A stretch of 64,000 bases of DNA from Actinomycetota bacterium (GTDB lineage: Bacteria; Actinomycetota; Actinomycetes; Nanopelagicales; Nanopelagicaceae): positions 30,788 to 94,787 of the forward strand of contig WLHB01000001.1 of assembly GCA_009702965.1 (NCBI GenBank). The letters are read 5' to 3'. Shown here in pieces: positions 9,729 to 18,837 of the stretch. Positions within the stretch are counted from its first letter, which is position 1; each line of letters starts with the position of its first letter. The translations under genes and the position numbers were made by a program. A model generated the notes under the pieces. That model had not been told where the DNA came from, ran no database searches, and saw nothing but the letters and a program-made list of their open reading frames with translations.

Positions 9729-10592
9729 GTGAGGATGAGACCTGAAAAGACTATGTACTCTTTTGAGTTTTTTCCTCCGAAAGATCTCGCTGGCGAAGAT
9801 CGACTCTGGCAGGCGCTAGAAACTCTTGCACTTCATGCCCCTGACTTTGTGGCCGTTACATACGGCGCAGGGGGTGGCACACGCGATCGAACAATTCGCA
9901 TCACCTCTGAAATCACAGCACGCACCAAGATTCCAACTGTTGCTCACCTTACCTGTGTCGGCTCAACCCGCGTCGAACTCATTGAAATTTTGGATCGCTA
10001 TAAAGATGCAGGAATTAAAAGTATCTTGGCACTTCGTGGCGATCCAGTTGGTGGACCGCGCGCGCCGTGGACAGCAGTTGATGGAGGACTCACACACGCC
10101 GATGAATTGATCACTTTAGCGCGTGAACATAGTGATTTTACAATTGGTGTTGCAGCATTTCCTGACGGTCACCCAAATTCTGGTGGTGATATGAACAAAG
10201 ATATCGATGTTCTGATCCGCAAACAATCACTCGGTGCATCCTTTGCAACAACACAATTCTTCTTTGATGTTGATAAGTGGAAGCGATTAGTTGACACTCT
10301 AGAGTCACGTGGCTGCGATCTCCCCATCATTGCCGGAGTACTTCCTGTCACAAATGTAAAGCTGCTCACTAAAATGGCAGAACTCGGGGGCACTCCAATC
10401 CCTGATTCAATAGCATCTCGATTTGCAGCAGTAGAAGATAATCCTGATGATGTTCGCAAACTCGGTGTAGAAATTGCGCTTGATCTCTGTAACGAACTCA
10501 TCGACGCCGGAGTACCCGGAATACATTTTTATACGATGAACAGCTCGACAGCGACAAGTGAGATTTTTACTTCACTACAAGAACGGCGCTAG
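9729..10592 (+). CDS. metF: 5,10-methylenetetrahydrofolate reductase
   Basis: SFEFFPPK, VTYGAGG, AHLTC, LALRGD, TQFFFD and HFYTMN motifs. Confidence 0.95.
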   Translation: MRMRPEKTMYSFEFFPPKDLAGEDRLWQALETLALHAPDFVAVTYGAGGGTRDRTIRITSEITARTKIPTVAHLTCVGSTRVELIEILDRYKDAGIKSILALRGDPVGGPRAPWTAVDGGLTHADELITLAREHSDFTIGVAAFPDGHPNSGGDMNKDIDVLIRKQSLGASFATTQFFFDVDKWKRLVDTLESRGCDLPIIAGVLPVTNVKLLTKMAELGGTPIPDSIASRFAAVEDNPDDVRKLGVEIALDLCNELIDAGVPGIHFYTMNSSTATSEIFTSLQERR

Positions 10593-10595
10593 CAG

Positions 10596-11213
10596 ATGAA
10601 GCGGGACGAGTTTTTTTCTACCTGGTCACACCTTCACCTAGGTGCCCAAGTTTCAGGTATCGTCAAAGGTTGGCTCACTATCTCTTTTGCGATAGCGCGA
10701 GTACTTCATTTCTTCCGTATTACCCCTAACCTACTGACCCTTGCTGGAATTCTCTTCGCAGCAGCTGCTCTCTTCTATCCGACAACAGTAATTGCCCTTG
10801 CTTTCTTGATTCTCTCTCTTATCTGTGATGGTGTCGATGGAAGTGTTGCAATCATCGGTAAGCGCGAAAGCGCACTCGGTGCCATTGCTGATTCAATCGC
10901 TGATCGAATCACCGAGGCGCTCTGGTTTATTGCTCTCTATCAATGGGGGATTCCTGCCGAATTTTGCTTAGCGCTCTTCGCTCTTGCCCTCATTCAAGAG
11001 TACGCACGTGCTCGAATGGCATCACTTGGGTTTGCAGAGATAGGTGTTGTCACCATTGCAGAACGTCCAGTGCGAGCCAGCGCTTTAGCCATCTTTATGG
11101 TTTTAGAATTACTTGAGTTTTCATTTGCGCCACTAGCGATCTATATTTTTACAGCAATGGCCACATTTAGTGTCTATCAAGTGATGAAGGCAGCCCGGGG
11201 TTATCTCGTTTAA
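10596..11213 (+). CDS. CDP-alcohol phosphatidyltransferase family protein
   Basis: TPNLLT and DGVDGSVA...GAIADSIADR signature. Confidence 0.88.
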   Translation: MKRDEFFSTWSHLHLGAQVSGIVKGWLTISFAIARVLHFFRITPNLLTLAGILFAAAALFYPTTVIALAFLILSLICDGVDGSVAIIGKRESALGAIADSIADRITEALWFIALYQWGIPAEFCLALFALALIQEYARARMASLGFAEIGVVTIAERPVRASALAIFMVLELLEFSFAPLAIYIFTAMATFSVYQVMKAARGYLV

Positions 11214-12696
11214 TAATTGCCTCTGCAACAATTTCCGCGCTTAATCCAACGAGCGGAAGTCCGCCGCCCGGATGAGCCGATCCACCAACGCAGTACAAAC
11301 CCTTGAGCGGACTTCGATTCTTTGCACGGTTAAAGGCGCTCTGTGCTCCGTTGCTCGATGTTCCATAAATTGAACCACCAGGTGCCATCACACTTTTTTC
11401 TAAATCTGCAGGAGTACGAATCTCTAGTAGCTCTAGCCGATCACGAATTGAAATTCCTCGAGATTCAATGAGGTCAATGATTTTTTGAGCATACTTTTGC
11501 GCAAAGGCTCGGTCACTCCAATCAAAAGAGTCAGCTCCATGCCTTGGTGCATTAACCAGAACAAACCATGCCTCGTGACCAGCCTTACTCACCATTGTTG
11601 GATCGTGCGGGGCGCAGATATAGATAGTGGGGTCTTCAACCGGAATCTTCTTATTAAATATTGATTCAAACTCAGCGTCGTAATCGTGCGGGAAAAGAAT
11701 AGTGTGATGTTCAAGTGGTTCATCGGTCGATGGCTTCAACCCCAAAAGAAGCGAAAAGCCGGCAAGAGAAGGCTCCATCTTCGCAATCTTCTTCTTTGCC
11801 CGACGCACAGATGCTGGTGGATTCTTAATCAAATGCGAGTAGATCAGCCCAGCGTCACTATTTGCTACAACAGTTGCAGCGCTTAACACTCGGCCATCAG
11901 CGAGAGCAACACCAGTGACCTCACCACCTGTATGGAGGATCTCGATGACAGGTGAGTTAAATTCAAAAGTCACACCACGATCCAGGCACCTTTGATAGAG
12001 AGCATCTGCAAGTTTTCCAACGCCACCAGTGATGTGCCATGCGCCGAAGGCTTCTTCTACAAAGGCGATAGATGAAAGAACTGCCGGAGCAGTACGCGGA
12101 TCTGAGCCGCTATAGGTTGCATATCTATCAAGAATCTTTCGCAGATGCGGACTCTTGATCTTGAGCCCGCGTATAGATTTCCAGGGCGAGATTACAAATA
12201 AATCACGCACAAGAGAGCGTCGTTTCAATAAAGATGCCATGGACTTAAGTTCAGATTCAATGAATGGCTCACGCGAGACATCCCACATTGATTCTGCCCG
12301 TCGCATCACAGAGTCCCACTCGCGGGCGGAGTCATCTCCGTAAGAGTCAGCAATTGAATCGAGAGTTTTCTTCCGTGAAAGATTGGCAAAGCTCACATGT
12401 GTACCGTCATGGAATCGATAATCAAAAGATGGATCAACTTCCTTGAGTTCAACTACACGACCAAGAACTTCACCAGTACGTTGAAAGAGATCTCGATAAA
12501 CCGCAGGGAGAGTCAGTAGTGATGGACCTGTATCAAATGCGTATCCATCTATCCACTCAGTCCGACATTTACCGCCATGGCGATCTCCCGCCTCAAAGAC
12601 GCGAACGGTGTAACCCTTCCTTGCAAGGCGTGCAGCTGTTGCCATGCCACCCATACCAGCACCAATAACGATGACATCTTTGGCGTCAGGGCTCAT
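11167..12696 (-). CDS. CrtI-family carotenoid desaturase (CrtD-like 3',4'-desaturase)
   Basis: GAGMGG, FDTGPSLLTLP and VGGSAHPGGGLPLV motifs; clustered with cruF, GT2 and crtA. The specific CrtD activity is inferred from context. Confidence 0.8.
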   Translation of the reverse strand: MSPDAKDVIVIGAGMGGMATAARLARKGYTVRVFEAGDRHGGKCRTEWIDGYAFDTGPSLLTLPAVYRDLFQRTGEVLGRVVELKEVDPSFDYRFHDGTHVSFANLSRKKTLDSIADSYGDDSAREWDSVMRRAESMWDVSREPFIESELKSMASLLKRRSLVRDLFVISPWKSIRGLKIKSPHLRKILDRYATYSGSDPRTAPAVLSSIAFVEEAFGAWHITGGVGKLADALYQRCLDRGVTFEFNSPVIEILHTGGEVTGVALADGRVLSAATVVANSDAGLIYSHLIKNPPASVRRAKKKIAKMEPSLAGFSLLLGLKPSTDEPLEHHTILFPHDYDAEFESIFNKKIPVEDPTIYICAPHDPTMVSKAGHEAWFVLVNAPRHGADSFDWSDRAFAQKYAQKIIDLIESRGISIRDRLELLEIRTPADLEKSVMAPGGSIYGTSSNGAQSAFNRAKNRSPLKGLYCVGGSAHPGGGLPLVGLSAEIVAEAIIKRDNPGLPSSLDRH

Positions 12697-13772
12697 AAAG
12701 AACGACCCTTCCACATGATTTTTTTGCGAAATAGATTTGAATAGATCAGCAGATACACAAAGAGGATACTCGAGATGGGATGCAAGAGTGCGTCGATAAG
12801 TAACGAGCGCGATGAAAGAGCCGAGACCATACGGGAAGCGATGACGAGGAGTAAGGCTATGGCTGCAGTTGTCGATCCTGTAAATGAAAAGATGAATGGC
12901 ATAAGGCCCGAAATAATCATCAAGAGAGCGATTACCGATGAACCTATTCCCCCTCCAAAGCCTTGTGACAGTGATTTTCCATAACCATTACGAATTTCGC
13001 GAAAGTTTGAGTACATACGTGTCGAGGCGATTGAAGATCCATCGCAGACCCCACCGTGAAAACCATTGCGTACGAGTACTCGAGCAAGATCTATATCATC
13101 TAAAACACTCGATCTAATTGAGTCGAAAGATCCGGATGTAATGAGAGCACTTCTTTTGATAAAGAAAAATTGACCATTTGCCACAGCCAAAGATGGACGT
13201 GAGCTTTTCATCGCTAGACGTAGCGGAACCGTTGTCATCCATGTCCACTGCAAGAGAGGTTGAATCAATCGCTCTGAGAGAGTGAGCGCAATCTGGGCTG
13301 GGTATGGCGATAGGAAATCAGCCTGAGTACGAGTCAATACTGCATCCATTCTGGATAGCGCATCAGGAGATAAACGCACATCCGCATCGACTGTCACAAT
13401 GAAATCATTCTTTGCATGAGTCAACCCTTGCGAGAGAGCCCATGGTTTGCCCAGCCACTCTTGTGGCAGTGGATCTGCATCAATAACTAACATGCCAGGG
13501 CGAGTCTTTGTCGCCTCTACTAAGAGCTCACGCGTGTTATCGGTTGAGTTATCGTTGATGAAAATCACTTCGTATCGAGGATGATCAAGAGCTGCCAGAC
13601 TTTCGACCAAGGCGACGACATTGTCTTCTTCGTTTCGACACGGAACTAATAGCGAAAAGGTCAAGTGCCTAGAGCCCACTCGTGGTGGCCTAGTTATTGT
13701 CGATGAATTAACAAATGCCATCACGAAAAGAAAGAGATTGATTCCACATGCAAAGCTAAGAAGAATCGACAT
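12693..13772 (-). CDS. GT2 glycosyltransferase, carotenoid glucosyltransferase-like
   Basis: VPCRNEE, NDNSTD, WLGKPWA, DAD, ANGQ and LDDIDLAR motifs; C-terminal TM helices. Confidence 0.85.
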   Translation of the reverse strand: MSILLSFACGINLFLFVMAFVNSSTITRPPRVGSRHLTFSLLVPCRNEEDNVVALVESLAALDHPRYEVIFINDNSTDNTRELLVEATKTRPGMLVIDADPLPQEWLGKPWALSQGLTHAKNDFIVTVDADVRLSPDALSRMDAVLTRTQADFLSPYPAQIALTLSERLIQPLLQWTWMTTVPLRLAMKSSRPSLAVANGQFFFIKRSALITSGSFDSIRSSVLDDIDLARVLVRNGFHGGVCDGSSIASTRMYSNFREIRNGYGKSLSQGFGGGIGSSVIALLMIISGLMPFIFSFTGSTTAAIALLLVIASRMVSALSSRSLLIDALLHPISSILFVYLLIYSNLFRKKIMWKGRSL

Positions 13773-13778
13773 CAGGAA

Positions 13779-14582
13779 TTACGCGCGATTGAGCCAACGA
13801 GTAAAGAAATACGGTGCAAGGATTGCCGCATAAATCGCTCCGGCAAAAAGCGCCAAACCTGGGCGATCAAAGAAGAAGAACTGAGAGACAAACCCACCGA
13901 CAAGGCTCCACCCTAAGAAAATATCTGCTGCCAGAGTGCTCGGAGCATCTTTACGTCGCTCTGTTGGAAGAATGAAATGCAGAATAGCAATCAGGGTGAG
14001 ACCCGAGAGTAACCATCCAAATGGATTCGATAATGGAATTTCAGGGGCGAATGGAAATGCTGCACCCGTTACTTCCCATGTCCAACGTCCTGCAGTAACC
14101 ATTTGAGGATCAAGGAATAGATCCCACCCCATCAAGATCGCACCACCGTATAAAAAGACCCAAGCACCTGCAACGCGACGTGCAGCAATGAGTGCAGGGT
14201 AGGCCATCATCGCCCAGGCAAAGGGAACAACAAGTGGGACGTCAACGATGAAGAGCCCAAGAGTGCTGCTGTATTCATATACTCCAAAAGGCCAACCTGT
14301 GTTTACGCCGATTGTTTCAATAACTAATGCAAAAACTGTAGTGATCGCAAGGTATGTCAATGCAAATTTACTTCCAAAACTTAACCATGCGTGCAGGAAC
14401 ATCGCTGCTGCACCGCAATACACGGTTGCTAGTGTGAGAATCTCAAGAGGTCTTCCATCGAGAAGTGGATATGGAATTTGAAGCAAGATTGCTAACCCAA
14501 GTACCAAGGTCATCAGAATTTTTGAGCGCTGAGATTGGCCTCGTCGACGGTTTGCCCGCGGCGTGAAATCTCGAATAGACAT
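13779..14582 (-). CDS. cruF: Carotenoid 1',2'-hydratase (CruF family)
   Basis: ETIGVNTGWPFGVYEY, VPLVVPFAW, WDLFLDP and IPLSNPFGW family motifs. Confidence 0.87.
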   Translation of the reverse strand: MSIRDFTPRANRRRGQSQRSKILMTLVLGLAILLQIPYPLLDGRPLEILTLATVYCGAAAMFLHAWLSFGSKFALTYLAITTVFALVIETIGVNTGWPFGVYEYSSTLGLFIVDVPLVVPFAWAMMAYPALIAARRVAGAWVFLYGGAILMGWDLFLDPQMVTAGRWTWEVTGAAFPFAPEIPLSNPFGWLLSGLTLIAILHFILPTERRKDAPSTLAADIFLGWSLVGGFVSQFFFFDRPGLALFAGAIYAAILAPYFFTRWLNRA

Positions 14583-14599
14583 GGGCTAAGTCTGCCTTA

Positions 14600-15274
14600 C
14601 TAGAGTTCTCCACGCATATCGCGCAGAGCAAAACGTGAAAATAGCTCTTCGGCATACCAATTAAAGCGATGGGTCGCCTCAATTGCACCTTGATGAGCGC
14701 TTCCTTTGTAAGCAAAATCTCGCAGCGCTTTTCCGTTCTCCCATAATGAGAATGTGCCCTGCAATCCAACCGGTGCTTCGCCTATTCCGATTGCGGCAAT
14801 AAGACCAGGGGATTGATGCAATTCTGTCGAAACCGGTGGGACTGCTGCCCAGAAGCGAAAATTCTGAAGCCATTTAATGCGCGCACGAGTAATTGCTATC
14901 ACTTTCGCATCTGCTGAAGGAGTATGGCTCCAATCAAAAGGATTAGATCCAGACCAAAGACCGTGGGCGGCAATCGGATCTAGAATCATTCGAACTTCAT
15001 TGCTTGATCGTTTTTTCCATCCCTTAACTACTGCATTGTTGTCAATCGCATCTAGCTGAGCCTCATCAAGTACAACGAGTGCGCCCCATCGAGATAGATC
15101 AGCATCACTGGGCGTGAAATTCTCGCCAGTTCCAGTGCCGAGCATCTTTGCAAAGTGAACACCGCGAGAATTCCTTAAACGCCTGCGATCGCGTGCCATC
15201 GAGAAAAGTGCAAAAGGAAGGCTCTTTTTCTCGATCTTCCAAAAGTATGCAACAACGACTTTTTCCACCCTCAC
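14600..15274 (-). CDS. crtA: CrtA-like carotenoid monooxygenase/hydroxylase
   Basis: FAKMLGTGTGENF, ITRARI, GIGEAP..QGTFSLW, FAY...H and WYAEELFSRF motifs. Confidence 0.82.
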   Translation of the reverse strand: MRVEKVVVAYFWKIEKKSLPFALFSMARDRRRLRNSRGVHFAKMLGTGTGENFTPSDADLSRWGALVVLDEAQLDAIDNNAVVKGWKKRSSNEVRMILDPIAAHGLWSGSNPFDWSHTPSADAKVIAITRARIKWLQNFRFWAAVPPVSTELHQSPGLIAAIGIGEAPVGLQGTFSLWENGKALRDFAYKGSAHQGAIEATHRFNWYAEELFSRFALRDMRGEL

Positions 15275-15759
15275 TCACCAACGATCATCGGTTGTGCATT
15301 GGTGCAACGAATGAGTTCTGCATAACTAGTTGGATACACCGCATGGGGATGTCCAGCAGCAGCCCAAACAACGTCGTAATCGTTTAGCGCTTCATCAATA
15401 AGAATTATTTCTGGCTTTGAAATCCACCCTAATGGGCTAACACCTCCTATTGAGTAACCAGAAATTTCTTTTACAAAGTCTGCATCAACCCGCACAAGTT
15501 TTTCGATGCTTAAATTCCTTGCAACCAGATCTGTATCCACTCGATGGCGACCACTTGTGATGATCAGGAGTGCTCCTCCTGATGGAAGTTTAAAGATTAA
15601 TGACGATGCAATTTGGCCTACTTCAACCCCGAGTGAGTCAGCAGCTTCTTGGGCAGTGCGGGCACTGTCACTTAAAGCATGAATACGGCCAGCAACATTG
15701 AGGCGATCCATCGCTTCTTGGGCACGCTTTACCGATACACGCCCAAGAATGTGTTCCAT
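15271..15759 (-). CDS. YbaK/EbsC (aminoacyl-tRNA deacylase) family protein
   Basis: TAQEAA, GYSIGGVSP and VWAAAGHP motifs. Confidence 0.88.
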   Translation of the reverse strand: MEHILGRVSVKRAQEAMDRLNVAGRIHALSDSARTAQEAADSLGVEVGQIASSLIFKLPSGGALLIITSGRHRVDTDLVARNLSIEKLVRVDADFVKEISGYSIGGVSPLGWISKPEIILIDEALNDYDVVWAAAGHPHAVYPTSYAELIRCTNAQPMIVGE

Positions 15760-15826
15760 AGATCAAGAGTACGACATCGCCCGAACTATCAGCATTAGTA
15801 CTCTCGATGGTTTAGCGTTAGCGGCT

Positions 15827-17056
15827 ATGAGCCCGCAGAGATTACGAGCCACTACTCCTGTGGCCATTGCAGGGCAGGCACGTAAATCACTCTTGGCTAT
15901 GTTCTTATTGATGGGCATGGTCTCAATGGGATGGGTTCCACGAATTCCTGAAATCAAAGATGCAATCGGACTCACCAACGGTCAATTTGGATTTATCTTG
16001 TTGGCAAGCACCTTTGGTTCTGTTACAGGTGCGCAACTTGGCGGCCGCGCGATTCATACATTTGGTTCACGCAGAGTTACTCAAGTAGCTATTTCGATTA
16101 TGCCGTTGGGCCTTGCAGGAATGGGCCTTGCGAATTCTGGGCTGGCACTTGTGATCTCACTCTTTACTATGGGATTTGGATATTCATTAATGGATATCTG
16201 CCTAAACGCACAAGGATATACCGTTGAGAGGATTATTAAAAAGCGTTGCATGTCAACACTGCATGCCATGTGGAGTGTGGGTGCATTTCTTACTACTGTG
16301 ATTGGTGGATCTGTTGCACGTTTTGTTTCCTATGAAATAAACCTTGTGGCAATCGCGATATTTGCAGCAATTGCATTTATTCCTGCAGCTTTTTTCCTAC
16401 TACCAGGAGATCTAGATGAGCACGACGGGGGAGAAGAAGAGACTAGCGCCAAGATTCCACTCTTTGGAAAGAGCGTTCTTTCATTGTGGGGATTGGGTAT
16501 TGGATTATTTGGTTGTCTGATCGCTGAAGGTGCAGCAAGTGATTGGGCAGGGATTTTGCTTCGCGATGATATGGGCTATGGCAAGGGAGTGAACGCCTCA
16601 GGTTTTGCCAGCTTTGCACTCGCGATGATTGTGAGTCGCTTGCTAGGTGATTGGACGCTCGATCGCTTTGGCCCAGCGAACACAGTCAAGTATGGCGCTT
16701 ACCTTGGAGGATTTGGTTGGGGCGCTGCAATTGTGATTGCAGTTCCTCTCTCTGACTCACATCCACTCATTGCTCTCATCATTATTAACTTGGGATTTGC
16801 CTGTGCAGGATATGGAATGGGTCCCATGTTCCCAGCATTTATTCTTGCAGCAGGTGCAACACCAGGTGTAGCCCCTGCTGTTGCTATTGCCCGAGTAGGT
16901 GTCATTGGAATTGCAGGTTTTTTCTTTGGGCCAACAATCACGGGACTTATTTCAGAGTTTACAAGTTTGCCAATTGCACTTTTCTTCCCAGTTGCCATGC
17001 TGTTTCTAGCCGGCTTTTTATCGCGAACTATTAAAACTGAAAAGGACCGTGACTAA
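15827..17056 (+). CDS. MFS transporter
   Basis: About 12 TM segments; WVPRIPEIK, HAMWSVG and EGAASDW motifs; start at ATG 15827 avoids overlap with ybaK. Confidence 0.88.
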   Translation: MSPQRLRATTPVAIAGQARKSLLAMFLLMGMVSMGWVPRIPEIKDAIGLTNGQFGFILLASTFGSVTGAQLGGRAIHTFGSRRVTQVAISIMPLGLAGMGLANSGLALVISLFTMGFGYSLMDICLNAQGYTVERIIKKRCMSTLHAMWSVGAFLTTVIGGSVARFVSYEINLVAIAIFAAIAFIPAAFFLLPGDLDEHDGGEEETSAKIPLFGKSVLSLWGLGIGLFGCLIAEGAASDWAGILLRDDMGYGKGVNASGFASFALAMIVSRLLGDWTLDRFGPANTVKYGAYLGGFGWGAAIVIAVPLSDSHPLIALIIINLGFACAGYGMGPMFPAFILAAGATPGVAPAVAIARVGVIGIAGFFFGPTITGLISEFTSLPIALFFPVAMLFLAGFLSRTIKTEKDRD

Positions 17057-17068
17057 GTAGCTCTAGCG

Positions 17069-17815
17069 TTAGAGAATAAAGATTCGCTCGACAAGGCTAA
17101 AGGCGGCTACTGCGAAGAGGAAGTATGCAAAAATCTTTCGTAAGAGAACATCCCTTATAGGCAATTTAATTCGAGATGCAATTTGAGCAATGATGACAGC
17201 GCTAGCGCCCATCAAGAGTGGGATCTCCCACGAGATTTCACTCCAGAGTTGAAAGTGTCCGAGCAAGGCAGTAGCTGAATTCATGGCGATGACTAAGAGC
17301 GCTGTGCCAGCAGCAATCGATTGTGATGTCCCAAATCCGAGGACCAGAACAGGGATCACTAGGAAGCCTCCACCGATGCCAAAGAGACCGGTGATTGAAC
17401 CAATCAAGAGTGAGACTCCAATGAGAACTGGCCACGTCATTCGTTTGTGAATAGTTGTCAGCGGTGAGCCAAGCATGCTCAGACCTGCAAAGATAATGAC
17501 AAATGAGAATCCGATAGCGATAAAGTCTTCTGGTAAACGATGAACAAGGCTTGAGAATCCGATATTTGTAGCTAAACCAATAGCCCAAATAGCCAGGGCA
17601 TCTCTGTAGTAAATTTCCTTACTTTTAATTTTTGCGCTAGCCCCAGAAAGTGCGGCCGCACCGACAACTGCTAGCGCTGAGGTTGATGCAACTGATGGTG
17701 CCAATCCAAAGCCGTAGATCAAGATTGGAACTGCCAGCATCGCACCACCAGCGCCAACAAATCCGAGAACTGCTCCGATGAATATGCCTGCAATGAGTGC
17801 GGCCAGTATTTCCAT
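17069..17815 (-). CDS. TauE/SafE family (sulfite exporter-like) membrane protein
   Basis: Duplicated GFVGAGGA / GLFGIGGGF..P motifs; hydrophobic throughout. Confidence 0.85.
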   Translation of the reverse strand: MEILAALIAGIFIGAVLGFVGAGGAMLAVPILIYGFGLAPSVASTSALAVVGAAALSGASAKIKSKEIYYRDALAIWAIGLATNIGFSSLVHRLPEDFIAIGFSFVIIFAGLSMLGSPLTTIHKRMTWPVLIGVSLLIGSITGLFGIGGGFLVIPVLVLGFGTSQSIAAGTALLVIAMNSATALLGHFQLWSEISWEIPLLMGASAVIIAQIASRIKLPIRDVLLRKIFAYFLFAVAAFSLVERIFIL

Positions 17816-17843
17816 AGAGCCATCCTCTCAGATGTGAGTTGCT

Positions 17844-17880
17844 AAAAGAGGAAAGCCCCCGGTTTCCCGAGGGCTTCCTT
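17844..17880 (-). terminator. Intrinsic terminator after doxX
   Basis: Minus strand AAGCCCUCGG-GAAA-CCGGGGGCUU followed by UCCUCUUUU. Confidence 0.8.
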
Positions 17881-17902
17881 ATCTCACAAGTTTCTTTTTA
17901 TT

Positions 17903-18328
17903 TTACTTGAAGAGCGAGATGCTTCCGATATTCACGAGAAGATCTCCACCCTCAACGACGCCCGATGCTACGAGTGCGACAAGGATGAGTGCAGCACCTG
18001 CAAGTGAGAGGTCCTTATTGAAGGCGATCTGCTCTTGCATCTTTGTATTCGCATCGGTCTCTTTCCAGAAGTTATGGAAAATCACAGCTGCAAGTACGAG
18101 TGTGATGGCAATGAGAAGCGCGCCGAAATCTACATATGTGCCGATGACGATCAAGATGCCGCCAACTAGGAAGAAGAGGCCACTTGCCATTACTCCAAGC
18201 TTTGCCGCCGGGAGCTTCTTGTACTGCGCGTAGCCGGTCATAGCCTCAAGCTTTGCGAAGTGGCCAATGCCTGATGCGATGAAGAGGGCAGCAAAAAGCA
18301 GCTGGCCGATGAATAAAACGATGGTCAT
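17903..18328 (-). CDS. DoxX family membrane protein
   Basis: LFIASGIGHF, FHNFWK and FNKDLSLAGAAL motifs; SD AAGGAG. Confidence 0.88.
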   Translation of the reverse strand: MTIVLFIGQLLFAALFIASGIGHFAKLEAMTGYAQYKKLPAAKLGVMASGLFFLVGGILIVIGTYVDFGALLIAITLVLAAVIFHNFWKETDANTKMQEQIAFNKDLSLAGAALILVALVASGVVEGGDLLVNIGSISLFK

Positions 18329-18383
18329 TATTTCTCCTTAGGTGCAATCAATAGTTTCTCTTACCCACTTAGGATAGAGGATT

Positions 18384-18401
18384 TAGTTGAAATTTCAACT
18401 A
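18384..18401. promoter_or_regulatory. Perfect 18-bp palindrome, probable repressor operator upstream of doxX
   Basis: TAGTTGAAATTTCAACTA is its own reverse complement. Confidence 0.65.
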
Positions 18402-18443
18402 TCTATCGGTCACCTGAGCGTGGGCGTGTTGGCCGCTTGATCT

Positions 18444-18465
18444 TGTCAGGGGTGTGGGCTATTTT
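18444..18465 (+). promoter_or_regulatory. PafBC/RecA-NDp-type DNA damage promoter
   Basis: TGTCAG-N10-TATTTT matches the actinobacterial TGTCRG-N10-TANNNT consensus. Confidence 0.72.
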
Positions 18466-18481
18466 TCGAACATCTGTTCGA
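18466..18481. promoter_or_regulatory. LexA SOS box
   Basis: TCGAACATCTGTTCGA is a perfect TCGAAC-N4-GTTCGA box upstream of the dnaE2 operon. Confidence 0.92.
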
Positions 18482-18528
18482 ACATTTTTTGATAACTACT
18501 CCACATAGCTAGAAAGCAGGCAGTACCG

Positions 18529-18819
18529 ATGTCAGTCCCAGAGATAGCCCCGCCACATGATGTTCTCGCCGATGGCATGGATGCGATGGCTACACCTATC
18601 GAGTTCACCTTTAAAGGTAAGCGCTTTCGCATCCACGCTGTTCTTTCACGCTGGTGTGAAGCCGGTGGATGGTGGAATCGAGTCAGTGATGGTCGCTATC
18701 GCCCTGATGATGGAGCGCGCGCACTGTGGACGGTAGAGGCGGCGCCGATTGGTGCACTGACAACATTTGAAATCGAACGCGATGAAGCCACGGGGCAGTG
18801 GCTTATTAGATCTGTCTGA
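18529..18819 (+). CDS. Small protein resembling the ImuB C-terminal domain (DUF6504-like)
   Basis: P..FTFKGKRFRI...RW...GGWW...W.V...FEI.RD...GQW pattern; first gene after the SOS box. Confidence 0.7.
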   Translation: MSVPEIAPPHDVLADGMDAMATPIEFTFKGKRFRIHAVLSRWCEAGGWWNRVSDGRYRPDDGARALWTVEAAPIGALTTFEIERDEATGQWLIRSV

Positions 18820-18837
18820 GAATCTATCTAATAACTC

